In this document: piece by piece, positions 39,745 to 49,421 of the stretch
Position numbering within the stretch: the stretch's first letter is position 1
How the letters are laid out: each line of letters starts with the position of its first letter
Source: Candidatus Omnitrophota bacterium
GTDB taxonomy: Bacteria > Hinthialibacterota > Hinthialibacteria > Hinthialibacterales > Hinthialibacteraceae
Direction: 5' to 3'
Assembly: GCA_003598175.1 (NCBI GenBank)
Contig: QZKN01000050.1
Span: 57,334 to 121,333 of the forward strand
DNA: 64,000 nucleotides
Position numbers and translations under genes: made by a program
Notes under the pieces: generated by a model
Seen by the model: the letters and a program-made list of their open reading frames with translations, nothing else
What the model was told of the DNA's origin: nothing
Database searches by the model: none

Positions 39745-41943
39745 TTACTCCTCTTCGATCTGATTTTTCAGACAGGCCATGCAAATCCGTATATCGTCAT
39801 ATGACACCTCGCCGTTCAGCGAGTCGAAAATCGGTTTCAACCGCTCCTCATTTATTGTTTTCGCGGCATCGGCCACCCGCTGAAACACGGCGTCATCCAC
39901 CCAAGGAGACGGGTGATCCACGCCCTCTCTTTTTATAAACTCCACCAGATACTGCTTCGCCGTGGAATCTTTGCGATCGACCGCAACGGCAACTTCTTCC
40001 GGCGAAATCCCCTGCGCAAACAGGGCAAAAGCCTTTTGTCTCGCTTGACTGGGGACCGATAGAGATTCCTGATCGCTCTCATAGGGAGACATTACGCGAA
40101 CAGGCGTAATGTCCATCGGTAAGGAATGCTCTGCGCAATACGTGTTGATCGCAGCAAGAAAAATAGAACCATACTCGTTCGATTTTTTTTCTCCCACTCC
40201 ACTCACTTGCAGAAATCCATCGCGCATGGATGGCCGCCTTCGCGCCATATCGCGCAAGGCGGCGTCGCCGAACACGATAAACGCCGCCACATTTTTCTCA
40301 TCCGCGATCTCCCGCCGCAGCGTTCGCAAGTGATCGAACAATCCGCGATCCACTCCTTCCCATGATTGCCTGCCGATTTTGGATTCCTTCGCCGCTTCCT
40401 TCGCGGCTTTCTTAGCCGGTTTGAGCAGGCGCGGCGTTTCCAATCCCTTCAACACCAGCCGCCCTTTTTCCGTGACCTTTAAAATATTATATTCTCCTAT
40501 TTTTTTCGCATATCCCTGCGCCGCCAGCTGCTCGATCCAATCCCGCACGATCCGCTTCGAATGCTGGGAAAGAAGCCCGTACGTGCTTAAATGATCATGT
40601 TGATTTTCAAGAATCCGTTGTTCCCGCGAGCCGACCAGCACGGTCGCGGTATAATCCGCGCCGAATCGTTCGTCCAGGCGTTTGATGCAAGACAAAATCT
40701 TCTGTGCAGGAATCAACGAATCTTCCAAACAATCGAGTTCGCCGAGACACACGTCGCATGCCGAACAATTGTCTTTATCCAATTCCTGGCCGAAATAGTG
40801 GAGAATCGCCCGATGCCGGCAGGTCACACCTGTGCAAAAATCGTACATATCTCGCAATTTATTCAGCGCAATGGATTTCGCATTCGGCTCCATGCCTGTG
40901 ATGATGCTCTGCCAGACGCCATAATCGCCGCCGGAATAGAACAAACAACACTCCGCCTCCAATCCGTCGCGTCCCGCCCGCCCGCTTTCCTGCTGATAAT
41001 GTTCCAGCGTTTTCGGCATCCCCGCGTGAATGACGTACCGCACGTTCGACTTGTCGATCCCCATACCGAACGCGACGGTGGCGACGATGGTGTTTACTTT
41101 TTCCTGTATAAACGCCTCTTGATTTTTTTTTCGGTCGTCATCCGCCATCCCCGCATGATAGGGCAAGACGCGATACCCTCGCCGACTCAATTCCTCGCAC
41201 ATTCCATCCACGTCAACGCGGCGGATACAATAAATCACTCCCGATTCATTGGCGTGGCGGTCCAACACCGCGCAAACCTGCTGCATTACATTTTGGCGGC
41301 GTTCGATTTTATAAACCAGATTGGGACGATCGAACGAACCGACCAGAATTTCCGGATTTTCCAGCCGCAGTTGTTCGGCGATATCCTTGCGAACCGGCTC
41401 CGTCGCGGTCGCCGTATACGCATGAATGGCGATGCCCGCAAACGCCTCCTTCAACATTCCCAATTTGCGGTATTCCGGTCGAAAATCGTGCCCCCACATG
41501 CTCACACAATGCGCTTCATCCACTACAACAAATGAAAGTTGGCTTTTTTTTAGATAGTCGATGAAACCATCAGAAAAAATGCGTTCCGGAGAAATGTACA
41601 GTAGTTTGAGAACTTTATGCTCGATGAGTTGATAGACCACTTCCCGCTCTTTACCCGGCAGCGCGCTGTCAAGTCGCGCCGCATACACGCCGCATTCCGA
41701 TAACGCATCCACCTGATCCTTCATCAGGGAAATCAGAGGCGAGATCACCACCGCCATGCCCGGCGTCGTCACCGCCGGCGCTTGAAAACAGAGCGACTTC
41801 CCTCCACCCGTCGGCAAGACCACAATCGAATCCCGACCACGTACGACCGCTTCCATCGCCGGCCGCTGTAATGGCAGGAATTCCTCATATCCCCAATATT
41901 TCTTCAACACCGCTTTTAAATTCTCGATCATATCATCCATCAA
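39745..41943 (-). CDS. recQ: ATP-dependent DNA helicase RecQ
   Basis: LPTGGGKSLCFQ (motif I), DEAHCVSMWGHDFRPEY (DEAH), RQC zinc-binding cysteines, and C-terminal HRDC. Confidence 0.9.
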   Translation of the reverse strand: MMDDMIENLKAVLKKYWGYEEFLPLQRPAMEAVVRGRDSIVVLPTGGGKSLCFQAPAVTTPGMAVVISPLISLMKDQVDALSECGVYAARLDSALPGKEREVVYQLIEHKVLKLLYISPERIFSDGFIDYLKKSQLSFVVVDEAHCVSMWGHDFRPEYRKLGMLKEAFAGIAIHAYTATATEPVRKDIAEQLRLENPEILVGSFDRPNLVYKIERRQNVMQQVCAVLDRHANESGVIYCIRRVDVDGMCEELSRRGYRVLPYHAGMADDDRKKNQEAFIQEKVNTIVATVAFGMGIDKSNVRYVIHAGMPKTLEHYQQESGRAGRDGLEAECCLFYSGGDYGVWQSIITGMEPNAKSIALNKLRDMYDFCTGVTCRHRAILHYFGQELDKDNCSACDVCLGELDCLEDSLIPAQKILSCIKRLDERFGADYTATVLVGSREQRILENQHDHLSTYGLLSQHSKRIVRDWIEQLAAQGYAKKIGEYNILKVTEKGRLVLKGLETPRLLKPAKKAAKEAAKESKIGRQSWEGVDRGLFDHLRTLRREIADEKNVAAFIVFGDAALRDMARRRPSMRDGFLQVSGVGEKKSNEYGSIFLAAINTYCAEHSLPMDITPVRVMSPYESDQESLSVPSQARQKAFALFAQGISPEEVAVAVDRKDSTAKQYLVEFIKREGVDHPSPWVDDAVFQRVADAAKTINEERLKPIFDSLNGEVSYDDIRICMACLKNQIEEE

Positions 41944-42246
41944 AACCGCAATGTAACGCCGCCGTCACGACGGCATTTTCCTTGAAAGCCGGCGGAATGC
42001 CGGCGTTCCATTTTTACATAAACCTTCATGATTATTAAGTCACAGCGAAGGATAAAAAGTGGTTGTGGCGCGGATCTCCGGTCTGCACATGCGAGCAGGA
42101 TGCCTACGCGACGGCTTTTCATGTTCACTCAGTAGAGATTATAGTTGCGAAATGGCGGCGCGAAATACCCTTTCGAGGAAAGAAAAGCAAATCCATTTCC
42201 TGAGAACATTTCTTACTGGAATCATCCGCAACGAATACGTTTCATA

Positions 42247-43320
42247 TTAAAACAAATCCCAATCCACCGTTCCCGTTTCTCCACCCAGCGGATTGTTCGT
42301 ATTGAACTCCAACGCCCCCCAATTCGGCGCATAAAAGATATCCGTGATGCTCTGCGCGAGTGTGGTTCCACCGCTTGCCGTCGTGCTCTGCGCCCAATCC
42401 ATGAATTGGATGCTGCCGCCGCTGCTGTCGTCCACATCGCGCCAAAAAACCGTAAAGCCGACAGCATGATCAGGCGTGAATCCGTCCACCAAACCGAATT
42501 TCACTCTCAGCTCAATGACATAGCCCCGGAATGTCAATCCCGGATTTTCCGCAATCACCACATTGGGAGCCCCCACCGCCCGCAAATCCGCAAACGTCCT
42601 TGCCGCAATATCCGGACCGGGCGTCGCATTCATCGTTTCCTGAAACGAACCGTCGCCGAAATTACCCGAACCGAGCAGATCGCGGTTTCCCGAACGAATT
42701 ATACCCATCACGACTCCGAAACCACCCTGATTTTCCGGCACAACCGCATCGAACAAATCGTTCAGCCCCGCGCCGATTTGAAAATCGTCCACGTTTGGTT
42801 CCACGTCGTCGATGTTGGGAAATTGAATATCGGAAATGCTGTCGTCGCTGTCGTTTTTCGCATCGAAGAAAAACTCGAGACCGTCGTTGAGATAAGGCTG
42901 GCTGCCAAAATCGCTGACATCATGATAGCCGACGATTTCATCATCGATAAAGATCGAAAGGATATATAAATACTCCGCATCGTAAGCAAAATACGTATTG
43001 ACCTCAAAATCGAGATGGGGATCGTCTTCCGATACCACGCCGCGCGCGGTATTAAAGAATCCCACACGATCGGGATCATAAACGATGTAATCGCCGCGCG
43101 CGTCCGTCGTTTCCTGATCCTGCCCCTCCGGAAACAGCGGCTGAACGGAAGGTTGTTCGAATCGATTCAACGGCCAATCATCGAAATTTCCGTCAATGGT
43201 GATACTCACACCCACGCCCAACGGCCGGACGATGATCACTCCTTTCGGTCCCGCCACCGCTGCCATGGTCAATCCCAACGAAACCAAAGCCAAACTCAAA
43301 ACCACCTTTTTACGAATCAT
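42247..43320 (-). CDS. hypothetical secreted protein (possible DOMON/CBM9-like sugar-binding fold)
   Basis: Signal peptide and an Asp-rich beta-sandwich-like sequence. AAGGGAGA RBS before the MIRKK start. Confidence 0.4.
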   Translation of the reverse strand: MIRKKVVLSLALVSLGLTMAAVAGPKGVIIVRPLGVGVSITIDGNFDDWPLNRFEQPSVQPLFPEGQDQETTDARGDYIVYDPDRVGFFNTARGVVSEDDPHLDFEVNTYFAYDAEYLYILSIFIDDEIVGYHDVSDFGSQPYLNDGLEFFFDAKNDSDDSISDIQFPNIDDVEPNVDDFQIGAGLNDLFDAVVPENQGGFGVVMGIIRSGNRDLLGSGNFGDGSFQETMNATPGPDIAARTFADLRAVGAPNVVIAENPGLTFRGYVIELRVKFGLVDGFTPDHAVGFTVFWRDVDDSSGGSIQFMDWAQSTTASGGTTLAQSITDIFYAPNWGALEFNTNNPLGGETGTVDWDLF

Positions 43321-43395
43321 TGTTTTGTTCTCCCTTGACAAATAGAATGTTCCCCATCGATTTCGCTGAGATTATCTGAAAAATCAGCAGGATTG

Positions 43396-43710
43396 TCAAT
43401 CATTTTTTTTCGCAATGTTCGGATCCACGATGCGGACCACTTCACCGGGCTTCATTCCGGTCAGTTTTTCATACTGTTCCGCACTCAATCTCTCCGCCAA
43501 GGAACGTTGAAACCGAAAACTCAATTCATTGATTTGATGAGCGAGTTCCTCGCCTTGCACTCCCGACTCGATGATTTGTTCCTTTTCGGTAAGAAATTCA
43601 CAATGAAGATCTTCGAAAACAGAGGGATCGACATCCGGAATAGCCTGTCTGGTCATACTTGCCGCTTGCTTCACGATGATTTCATTTGCGCGAAATTTGA
43701 ATCGGAACAT
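43396..43710 (-). CDS. hypothetical protein
   Basis: ORF only. Start ambiguous (43761, 43710 or 43656) and no clear RBS. Confidence 0.25.
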   Translation of the reverse strand: MFRFKFRANEIIVKQAASMTRQAIPDVDPSVFEDLHCEFLTEKEQIIESGVQGEELAHQINELSFRFQRSLAERLSAEQYEKLTGMKPGEVVRIVDPNIAKKND

Positions 43711-43797
43711 TGATGAAACGGGTTGTTGTATGCTACTCTGTCGGCATGATTTCAATTTCAATCTCTTCTAACAAATAAAAAAGGGAGGAAAAGGGAA

Positions 43798-44649
43798 ATG
43801 AAAATCGGATTGAACCTGTTGTTGTGGGACGGGACCATCACGGAAAAACACGTCGCCGTGCTTGAAGAACTCGCCGCGTTGGGCTATGACGGTGTGGAGT
43901 TTCCTATTTTTAGTTTTGACCGCAACGTCGCCAAGAAATTACGCACCCATTTGGATCGTTTGAAATTGAAATGCACGATCACATCATGCGTACCGCAAGA
44001 TGGATCAGCCAATCCCATCAGCGAGGATAAAAAAATTCGCCAGGCGGCGTTGAATCACATGAAAAAAACCATCGGCATCGCTGAAATTTTAGGCGCGGAA
44101 GTGATCGCCGGACCATTCACTTCTCCCGTCGGACGTCTCGTCGGGCGTCCGCGAACGGACGAGGAATGGAAATGGGGCGTGGAGGTCATGCAAAAAGTCG
44201 CGAAAGCAACGGAAAACAGCGGCGTATTGCTGGCGCTGGAAGCATTGAATCGATTTGAGACTTATTTCATCAACACCGCCGCCGACGCCTGCAAATTCGC
44301 GGAAGAAGTGAACCATCCCAATTTCGGCATCATGTGGGATACGTTTCACGCCAACATCGAAGAGAAAAATATTCAAAAAGCGATGATGGCGGTCGCGCAC
44401 AAAATCGTTCACGTGCATATTTCCGAAAATCATCGCGGTATTCCGGGCGCGGGCCACATTCGATTCGGCGATGTCTTCAATTGCCTCAAAAAAATGAAAT
44501 ACGACCGCTGGCTGACGATCGAAGCGTTTGGCAGCGCGCTTCCCGAACTCGCCGCGGCGACGTGCATTTGGCGAGAACTCTTTCCGAGCAGCCACGATCT
44601 GGCGGAAAAAGGCCTGCAATTCATCAAAAAACAATGGGAAAAAGGATAA
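43798..44649 (+). CDS. sugar phosphate isomerase/epimerase (xylose-isomerase-like TIM barrel)
   Basis: MKIGLNLLLW...GYDGVEF...LALEALNRFE...FGIMWDTFH is the characteristic pattern. Very strong AAGGGAGGAAAAGGGA RBS. Confidence 0.8.
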   Translation: MKIGLNLLLWDGTITEKHVAVLEELAALGYDGVEFPIFSFDRNVAKKLRTHLDRLKLKCTITSCVPQDGSANPISEDKKIRQAALNHMKKTIGIAEILGAEVIAGPFTSPVGRLVGRPRTDEEWKWGVEVMQKVAKATENSGVLLALEALNRFETYFINTAADACKFAEEVNHPNFGIMWDTFHANIEEKNIQKAMMAVAHKIVHVHISENHRGIPGAGHIRFGDVFNCLKKMKYDRWLTIEAFGSALPELAAATCIWRELFPSSHDLAEKGLQFIKKQWEKG

Positions 44650-44714
44650 TCACGAATCCATTCACACATTGTATAACAGCAACAAAACCAATTCCACCGT
44701 AGGCTCTCTCACGC

Positions 44715-45953
44715 ATGATTCCGAAGCCGTGTAATCGTTATTTAAAACGAGTTTATTCATTTTTCATTGCACTTTTGCTTGTATTGGCGTCGTCCGCGTT
44801 CGCCCTCCTGCTGATAGAAGGTTGTATGCGGATTACGGGCATTTCCGACCGCGATGTCGTGCTCAGCCGCGGCTTCATAACCGATCCGCATTGCGGATTT
44901 CGCCTGCGGCCGAACGTGCGGCAAAAAGGGATTGACGGCATTCTGTCCGCCGTCCACATCAATTCGCTGGGGATGCGCGATCGGGAATATTCCACGACAA
45001 AGCCGCCGGGAACCATTCGAATTTTGGCGTTGGGCGATTCTTTCGCCTACGGCCGCGTCGATTATGAGTTCAATTTTCTTACGTTGCTGGAAAATCAGCT
45101 CAACCAGACGCAAACGAATTGCGCCGTCGAATTGCTGAACGCGGGCGTTCCCGCCTATCAACCCATCAACGAACTGGCCTATCTGCAACATTACGGTTTT
45201 GCCTTCCATCCCGACATTGTTCTGCTCTGTTTTTATGTGGGCAACGATTTGCGGGCAAACGATGCGCCGGCAAGCGAGACGCATCCGGAAATTCCGTTTC
45301 AGCGAATGGAGAAGGAAGCCGACACACTGCCGTTTCACTCGTTGTTATCGTGGTCGGAATTGTATTGGACGCTCATGAATCTTTATATTCGTTCGCAGGT
45401 CGTGTCCGAAATTCAACAACGGATTCCGGATGCGCGTGAACGAAAACGGGACGATCCACGCCGCCTTTTTCCTGATTTCGGTTTCATGACAGAAGAGCAG
45501 TTTCGCGAAACGCTCGCCACACAAATGCGGAATCATCTGCTTCCGCAACACCGCAACGACTGGGATCGCGAGAATTTCGCCAACACCGTCGCGGTGATTC
45601 GGGCAATGGCGGATTTGTGTCGTGAGCGGAGCGTTCGGTTCGGCGTGGCGCTCTTTCCGGCGGAAGTGCAGGTCGATGAAGAAATCCGCGAACTGTTTTT
45701 TGAGATCATCGAAGGCATTATCACGTTGCCCGAACTAAGCGGAGAAGAACCACAGCAAACGTTGAAACAATTATTGAGCGAATCGAACATCGAAACCATC
45801 GATTTGCTGCCGGCGTTCATCGAAAAAGGGAAGATGCAGAAACTATATCTTCTTCGCGACACGCATTGGAATGAGGCGGGAAACCAATTGGCCGCCGAGG
45901 TCATGTACGAGATAGTGAATGGTTGGGTAAGGGAACGCTTTGAACGAGAGTAA
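44715..45953 (+). CDS. SGNH/GDSL-type hydrolase family protein, membrane-anchored
   Basis: IRILALGDSFAYG (block I GDS) and C-terminal DTHWNEAG (block V DxxH). N-terminal TM anchor. Confidence 0.65.
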   Translation: MIPKPCNRYLKRVYSFFIALLLVLASSAFALLLIEGCMRITGISDRDVVLSRGFITDPHCGFRLRPNVRQKGIDGILSAVHINSLGMRDREYSTTKPPGTIRILALGDSFAYGRVDYEFNFLTLLENQLNQTQTNCAVELLNAGVPAYQPINELAYLQHYGFAFHPDIVLLCFYVGNDLRANDAPASETHPEIPFQRMEKEADTLPFHSLLSWSELYWTLMNLYIRSQVVSEIQQRIPDARERKRDDPRRLFPDFGFMTEEQFRETLATQMRNHLLPQHRNDWDRENFANTVAVIRAMADLCRERSVRFGVALFPAEVQVDEEIRELFFEIIEGIITLPELSGEEPQQTLKQLLSESNIETIDLLPAFIEKGKMQKLYLLRDTHWNEAGNQLAAEVMYEIVNGWVRERFERE

Positions 45954-45989
45954 AGGCAAGGATTATTTTTTCACAGGTTTAATTGATTA

Positions 45990-46038
45990 TGGTCGGGGCG
46001 ACTGGATTCGAACCAGCGACCACCTGAACCCCATTCTT
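45990..46038 (-). other. tRNA 3'-end fragment (T-arm + acceptor 3' strand + CCA), no matching 5' half
   Basis: Reverse complement reads ...ggtcgctggttcgaatccagtcgccccgacca, giving a GGTTCGAATCC T-loop, 7-nt acceptor strand and CCA. No complementary 5' acceptor strand (cggggcg) or D-arm within 120 nt upstream. Confidence 0.55.
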
Positions 46039-46183
46039 GCGGTGTATGGTTTCTCTGCTACTTTGGCATTTCGCTAAACCCCATTTTTATTGGCTTTTTT
46101 GCATTTTACTACTTGTAGAGTACTAACGTTTACGGTACAATGTGCTAGCTCAGTGGTAGCTCAGAAAACGGAAGGGGAAAATC

Positions 46184-46531
46184 ATGAGAGAGTCAATAGA
46201 AGGGATTGAGCAGTTATTTAACGATGACACTTTGGAATATCCGGCGGCGGCGACGGCGACGGGCGAACGGTTCGGCGCGGCGGTCAAGGAACCGGATTCC
46301 ATCAGGGCGGCGGGCGCAATCCGGGAAATCATGAGGATACTTGCGGATGTTGACGAGAAGTTCCATCAACCGATCTTCCAGGCGGTGGAATCGCTTAGGC
46401 GCGTGACGGCGGGGGAATCGGTCCAGGCAATCGGTAACCAACTGGATGAAATCGACCGGGCACGGCGGCGACGGGCAAACGGGCGAACGGCGCGGCGGCG
46501 GTGGTTTTATCTACGGCTTGACCATTCTTGA
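46184..46531 (+). CDS. hypothetical Ala/Arg-rich protein containing a ~40-nt internal direct repeat
   Basis: ggcggcgacggcgacgggcgaacgg at about 46243 and ggcggcgacgggcaaacgggcgaacgg at about 46461. Coding status uncertain. Confidence 0.25.
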   Translation: MRESIEGIEQLFNDDTLEYPAAATATGERFGAAVKEPDSIRAAGAIREIMRILADVDEKFHQPIFQAVESLRRVTAGESVQAIGNQLDEIDRARRRRANGRTARRRWFYLRLDHS

Positions 46532-46701
46532 TCCCTCCCGGCGGTCCCCCGGAAAATCCTTCCCGAAAAAAAACAAAACTCCCCAAAAAAAATTCGAAAA
46601 AATCTTAAATTCGTGCAAACTTAAGTTAGTATGCAGTTATTACTCATATAAATTATAATATTAAGTACTATTTGCGTAACGCAAATGATAAAGGAGTAGA
46701 C

Positions 46702-46908
46702 ATGATGGAAAATTTGTTGAATGAAAAACAGGTTGGCGAAAAAATCGGTGTTTCTCAAAGAACGCTGCAACAGTGGCGGTTGTGTGGACGCGGTCCAAAA
46801 TTTGCAAGAATTTCCGGGCGGTGCGTAAGATATTTGCGGATTCCGGCGCCGATTCACGATGGCGCGTCATTTCAGACGGGTGGCAAGGGCAAGCGAAGCA
46901 GCCCTTGA
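46702..46908 (+). CDS. AlpA/excisionase-like helix-turn-helix DNA-binding protein
   Basis: LLNEKQVGEKIGVSQRTLQQWR...GRGPKFARISGRCVRY matches the AlpA/Xis MerR-like HTH pattern. AAAGGAG RBS. A 13-bp palindrome ttgcgtaacgcaa lies about 20 bp upstream of the ATG. Confidence 0.6.
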   Translation: MMENLLNEKQVGEKIGVSQRTLQQWRLCGRGPKFARISGRCVRYLRIPAPIHDGASFQTGGKGKRSSP

Positions 46909-47149
46909 AGGATCAATAAAAATAATAGAAATTATCTCACGAGAGAATTCCGTGTTTTATATCGAAGCAGGTGACCGTCGAGAAGGTTTAATTGATAGAA
47001 AGCCCTATCCGGAATTTGAAGCCTTCGCGACTCTGAAAACCAGCGAGGAGTTCGAATCCATTCCGAACGATCGATATTGCATCGAAGGGAATTTTGGCGC
47101 GTACTTTCCGCCGATACCATTGAAGCGAGAGGGGAAACGGCGTCGATGA
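46859..47149 (+). CDS. hypothetical protein encoded largely within direct-repeat copy A
   Basis: The 96-aa ORF overlaps the AlpA-like gene by 50 nt. A degenerate, stop-containing homolog lies in repeat copy B (47688..47819). Confidence 0.3.
   Translation: MARHFRRVARASEAALEGSIKIIEIISRENSVFYIEAGDRREGLIDRKPYPEFEAFATLKTSEEFESIPNDRYCIEGNFGAYFPPIPLKREGKRRR
46875..47105. repeat. ~230-bp direct repeat, copy A (partner 47656..47880), about 70-80% identical
   Basis: gacgggtggcaagggcaagcgaagcagcccttga...atagaaattat...gagagaattccgtgtt aligns with gacggatggcatgggtaagcgaaacaacccttga...atagaaattat...gagagaattccgtgtt. Confidence 0.7.
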
Positions 47150-47212
47150 TCAATAAAGCAGCCATCGTATTACAGGATTCGAGAGAAATTCGAAAGAAAT
47201 TTGAGGTAATCC

Positions 47213-47428
47213 ATGAAATTTACAGCAATAATTGAACGCGAAGGTGAAGGATACGTATCGCTCTGTCCGGAGTTGGATATCGCAAGTCAAGGGAATAGCG
47301 TCGAACAGGCCAGAGACAATCTTCGTGAAGCTCTGGAACTTTTTTTCGAGACCGCATCACCCGAAGAAGTCAAAGAGCGACTTCATGATGAGATCTTTGT
47401 CACCCAACTTGAGGTGCTATATGGGTAA
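47213..47428 (+). CDS. hicB: HicB family antitoxin
   Basis: MKFTAIIEREGEGYVSLCPELDIASQGNSVEQARDNLREALELFFE matches HicB/UPF0150. GAGGTAA RBS. Confidence 0.8.
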   Translation: MKFTAIIEREGEGYVSLCPELDIASQGNSVEQARDNLREALELFFETASPEEVKERLHDEIFVTQLEVLYG

Positions 47429-47642
47429 ATTGCGTATCCTTTCCGGAAAAGAGGTATGCTCCATCCTAAAAAATCATGGTTTTGAGGAAATTCGCCAACG
47501 CGGGAGTCACGTTGTCATGCAGAAGAAATTATCGCAAGGCACGATAACGGTTCCTGTTCCGGACCATGATGAAATTCGAATGGGAACACTGCAATCCATA
47601 ATCCGGCAGTCCGGATTGCCTCGAAGTGAATTTGAATCATAA
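47421..47642 (+). CDS. hicA: HicA family mRNA interferase toxin
   Basis: LKNHGFEEIRQRGSHVVMQK...TVPVPDHDEIRMGTLQSIIRQSGL matches HicA/YcfA. 8-nt overlap with hicB. Confidence 0.8.
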   Translation: MGKLRILSGKEVCSILKNHGFEEIRQRGSHVVMQKKLSQGTITVPVPDHDEIRMGTLQSIIRQSGLPRSEFES

Positions 47643-47655
47643 CTCCTTGGCATCT

Positions 47656-47880
47656 GACGGATGGCATGGGTAAGCGAAACAACCCTTGAGAAATCTATGC
47701 AAATCATAGAAATTATTTTGCGAGAGAATTCCGTGTTGCCTATCAAAGCCGAAGACGGAAGAGAAGGCTTATTAGACGTCAACCCCCTATCTGGAATCCG
47801 AAACTATCGCGCCGCTGAAGAACGGTGATGAGTTCGAGCGAATTTATAATGGAACCTATTTTTCAAATCGAGTTTACCTT
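47656..47880. repeat. ~230-bp direct repeat, copy B (degenerate)
   Basis: See copy A. Its internal ORF MQIIEIILRENSVLPIKAEDGREGLLD... is terminated early relative to copy A. Confidence 0.7.
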
Positions 47881-48011
47881 TTGGGGAGGGAGATTCCCAT
47901 CCCGGATTTGCGGGGAAACGGTGTTTTTGTATATACAGAGGGCTTTTACGGCGTTATGATAGGGAGTGATTGTCCGGACGTTTCAGTTTGAGGAGAGTGG
48001 AGGAACAAACC

Positions 48012-49346
48012 ATGTATGATCAAGACGGAGTTTCCCGGCGAGGTTTTTTGAAGACGGTTTCCGGCGGTTTTTTGGCGGCCGGTTCGCTTCCGCTGTTGAT
48101 TCCCGCCGGCGCCATCGGGCGGGAAGGGAAGACGGCGGCCAATGATCGCATTCATATCGGCTGCATCGGCGTGGGGCCGCAGGGGACGCATGACATGCGT
48201 CAAATTTTGAAACACGACGTTGCGCGGGTCATCGCGTTGAGCGACGTGAAGAGCAACGTGCTGGAGGAAAAGCGGCGTTTGGTGAATGAATTTTATGGCG
48301 ACGAGGACTGCGTCGGGTATCACGATTTTCGCGAATTGGTTGCGCGGGAGGATATCGACGGTTGTCTGGTGGCGACGACGGATCATTGGCACGTGTTGGC
48401 CTCTTTGGCGGCGGTGCGGGCAGGGAAGGACGTGTATATGGAGAAGCCGATGGGGTTGACGCTGGAGCAGGATCAGGCCATGCGGCAAGCGGTGCACGAG
48501 CATCAGCGTATTTTTCAATTCGGCACGCAACAGCGGTCGGATCCGGAGTTCCGTCAGGCTTGTGAACTGGTTCGGAATGGCAAAATCGGCGAGTTGAAAA
48601 CCATCAACGTGTGGTCGCCCGGCAGTTCTTCCGGCGGGCCGACCGAGCGCGCGCCGGTTCCGCCGTGGCTGGACTACGAAATGTGGCTGGGGCCCGCGCC
48701 TTATACACCATATACAACGGATCGTTGTGAGAATGCGTGGTGGTGGTTTATTTCCGATTATGCGTTGGGATTCATTGCCGGCTGGGGAATCCATCCCATC
48801 GATATCGCGTTGTGGGGGGCGGAAGACAAGTTTGCCGGTCCGTGGGAAGTGGAAGGGAAAGGGTGGTTTCCGAGCGAAGGCGTGTGCGACACCGCGATGA
48901 ATTGGGACGTGAAAATCAGACTGGGGAGCGGTGTGGTCATCGATTTTCGCGGGGATCCCTATCCGGACGAATGGAAGCAGCGTTATGAGGACGATTCCAG
49001 CCACGGCACCGCTTTCGAAGGCAGCGAAGGATGGATCAGCGTGCGGCGCGGCAAGATCAACGCGCATCCGAAGAGTATACTGGAGACGAAGCTGGGGCCG
49101 AACGATACGCCGCTGTATTACAGCGAGCATCATGCGGGGAATTTTCTGGATTGTATTCGCAGCCGTAAGGAAACGGTGTGCCCGGTGGATGCGGCGGTGC
49201 GAGGGGATACGCTGTGCCACATCAGCGATATTGCCATTCGATTGCAGCGGAAACTGGTTTTCGATCCGGAGACGGAGACGTTTGTCGGGGACGAGGACGC
49301 GAATCGGAAACTTTCGCGTCCGATGCGCGCGCCCTGGCATTTGTGA
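48012..49346 (+). CDS. Gfo/Idh/MocA family oxidoreductase with twin-arginine (Tat) signal
   Basis: SRRGFLKTVSGGFLAAGSL Tat motif. IGCIGVGPQG Rossmann motif. EKPMGLTLEQ. GGAGGA RBS before ATG 48012. Confidence 0.85.
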   Translation: MYDQDGVSRRGFLKTVSGGFLAAGSLPLLIPAGAIGREGKTAANDRIHIGCIGVGPQGTHDMRQILKHDVARVIALSDVKSNVLEEKRRLVNEFYGDEDCVGYHDFRELVAREDIDGCLVATTDHWHVLASLAAVRAGKDVYMEKPMGLTLEQDQAMRQAVHEHQRIFQFGTQQRSDPEFRQACELVRNGKIGELKTINVWSPGSSSGGPTERAPVPPWLDYEMWLGPAPYTPYTTDRCENAWWWFISDYALGFIAGWGIHPIDIALWGAEDKFAGPWEVEGKGWFPSEGVCDTAMNWDVKIRLGSGVVIDFRGDPYPDEWKQRYEDDSSHGTAFEGSEGWISVRRGKINAHPKSILETKLGPNDTPLYYSEHHAGNFLDCIRSRKETVCPVDAAVRGDTLCHISDIAIRLQRKLVFDPETETFVGDEDANRKLSRPMRAPWHL

Positions 49347-49421
49347 TTTTTTGTCAGAAAATTGATATGAAGAGTGATCGTGTGCTGACAGGATGTCTGC
49401 GTTACAATCGAGGAGACAGTA

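Noticed and set aside
45990-46075. Attempt to fold a complete minus-strand tRNA ending at the CCA
   Set aside because: No 5' acceptor strand complementary to cgccccg and no D-arm. The anticodon-stem candidates do not pair. Kept only as a 3' fragment.
46143-46165. tRNA D-arm-like sequence gctagctcagtggtagctca on the plus strand
   Set aside because: The D-stem halves are not complementary (gctc/gctc) and no anticodon or T arm follows. It is on the opposite strand to the 3' fragment, so it cannot complete it.
47946-49340. 464-aa minus-strand ORF, Arg/Pro-rich
   Set aside because: Lies entirely opposite the well-supported Tat-Gfo/Idh/MocA gene. High-GC regions give long spurious antisense ORFs.
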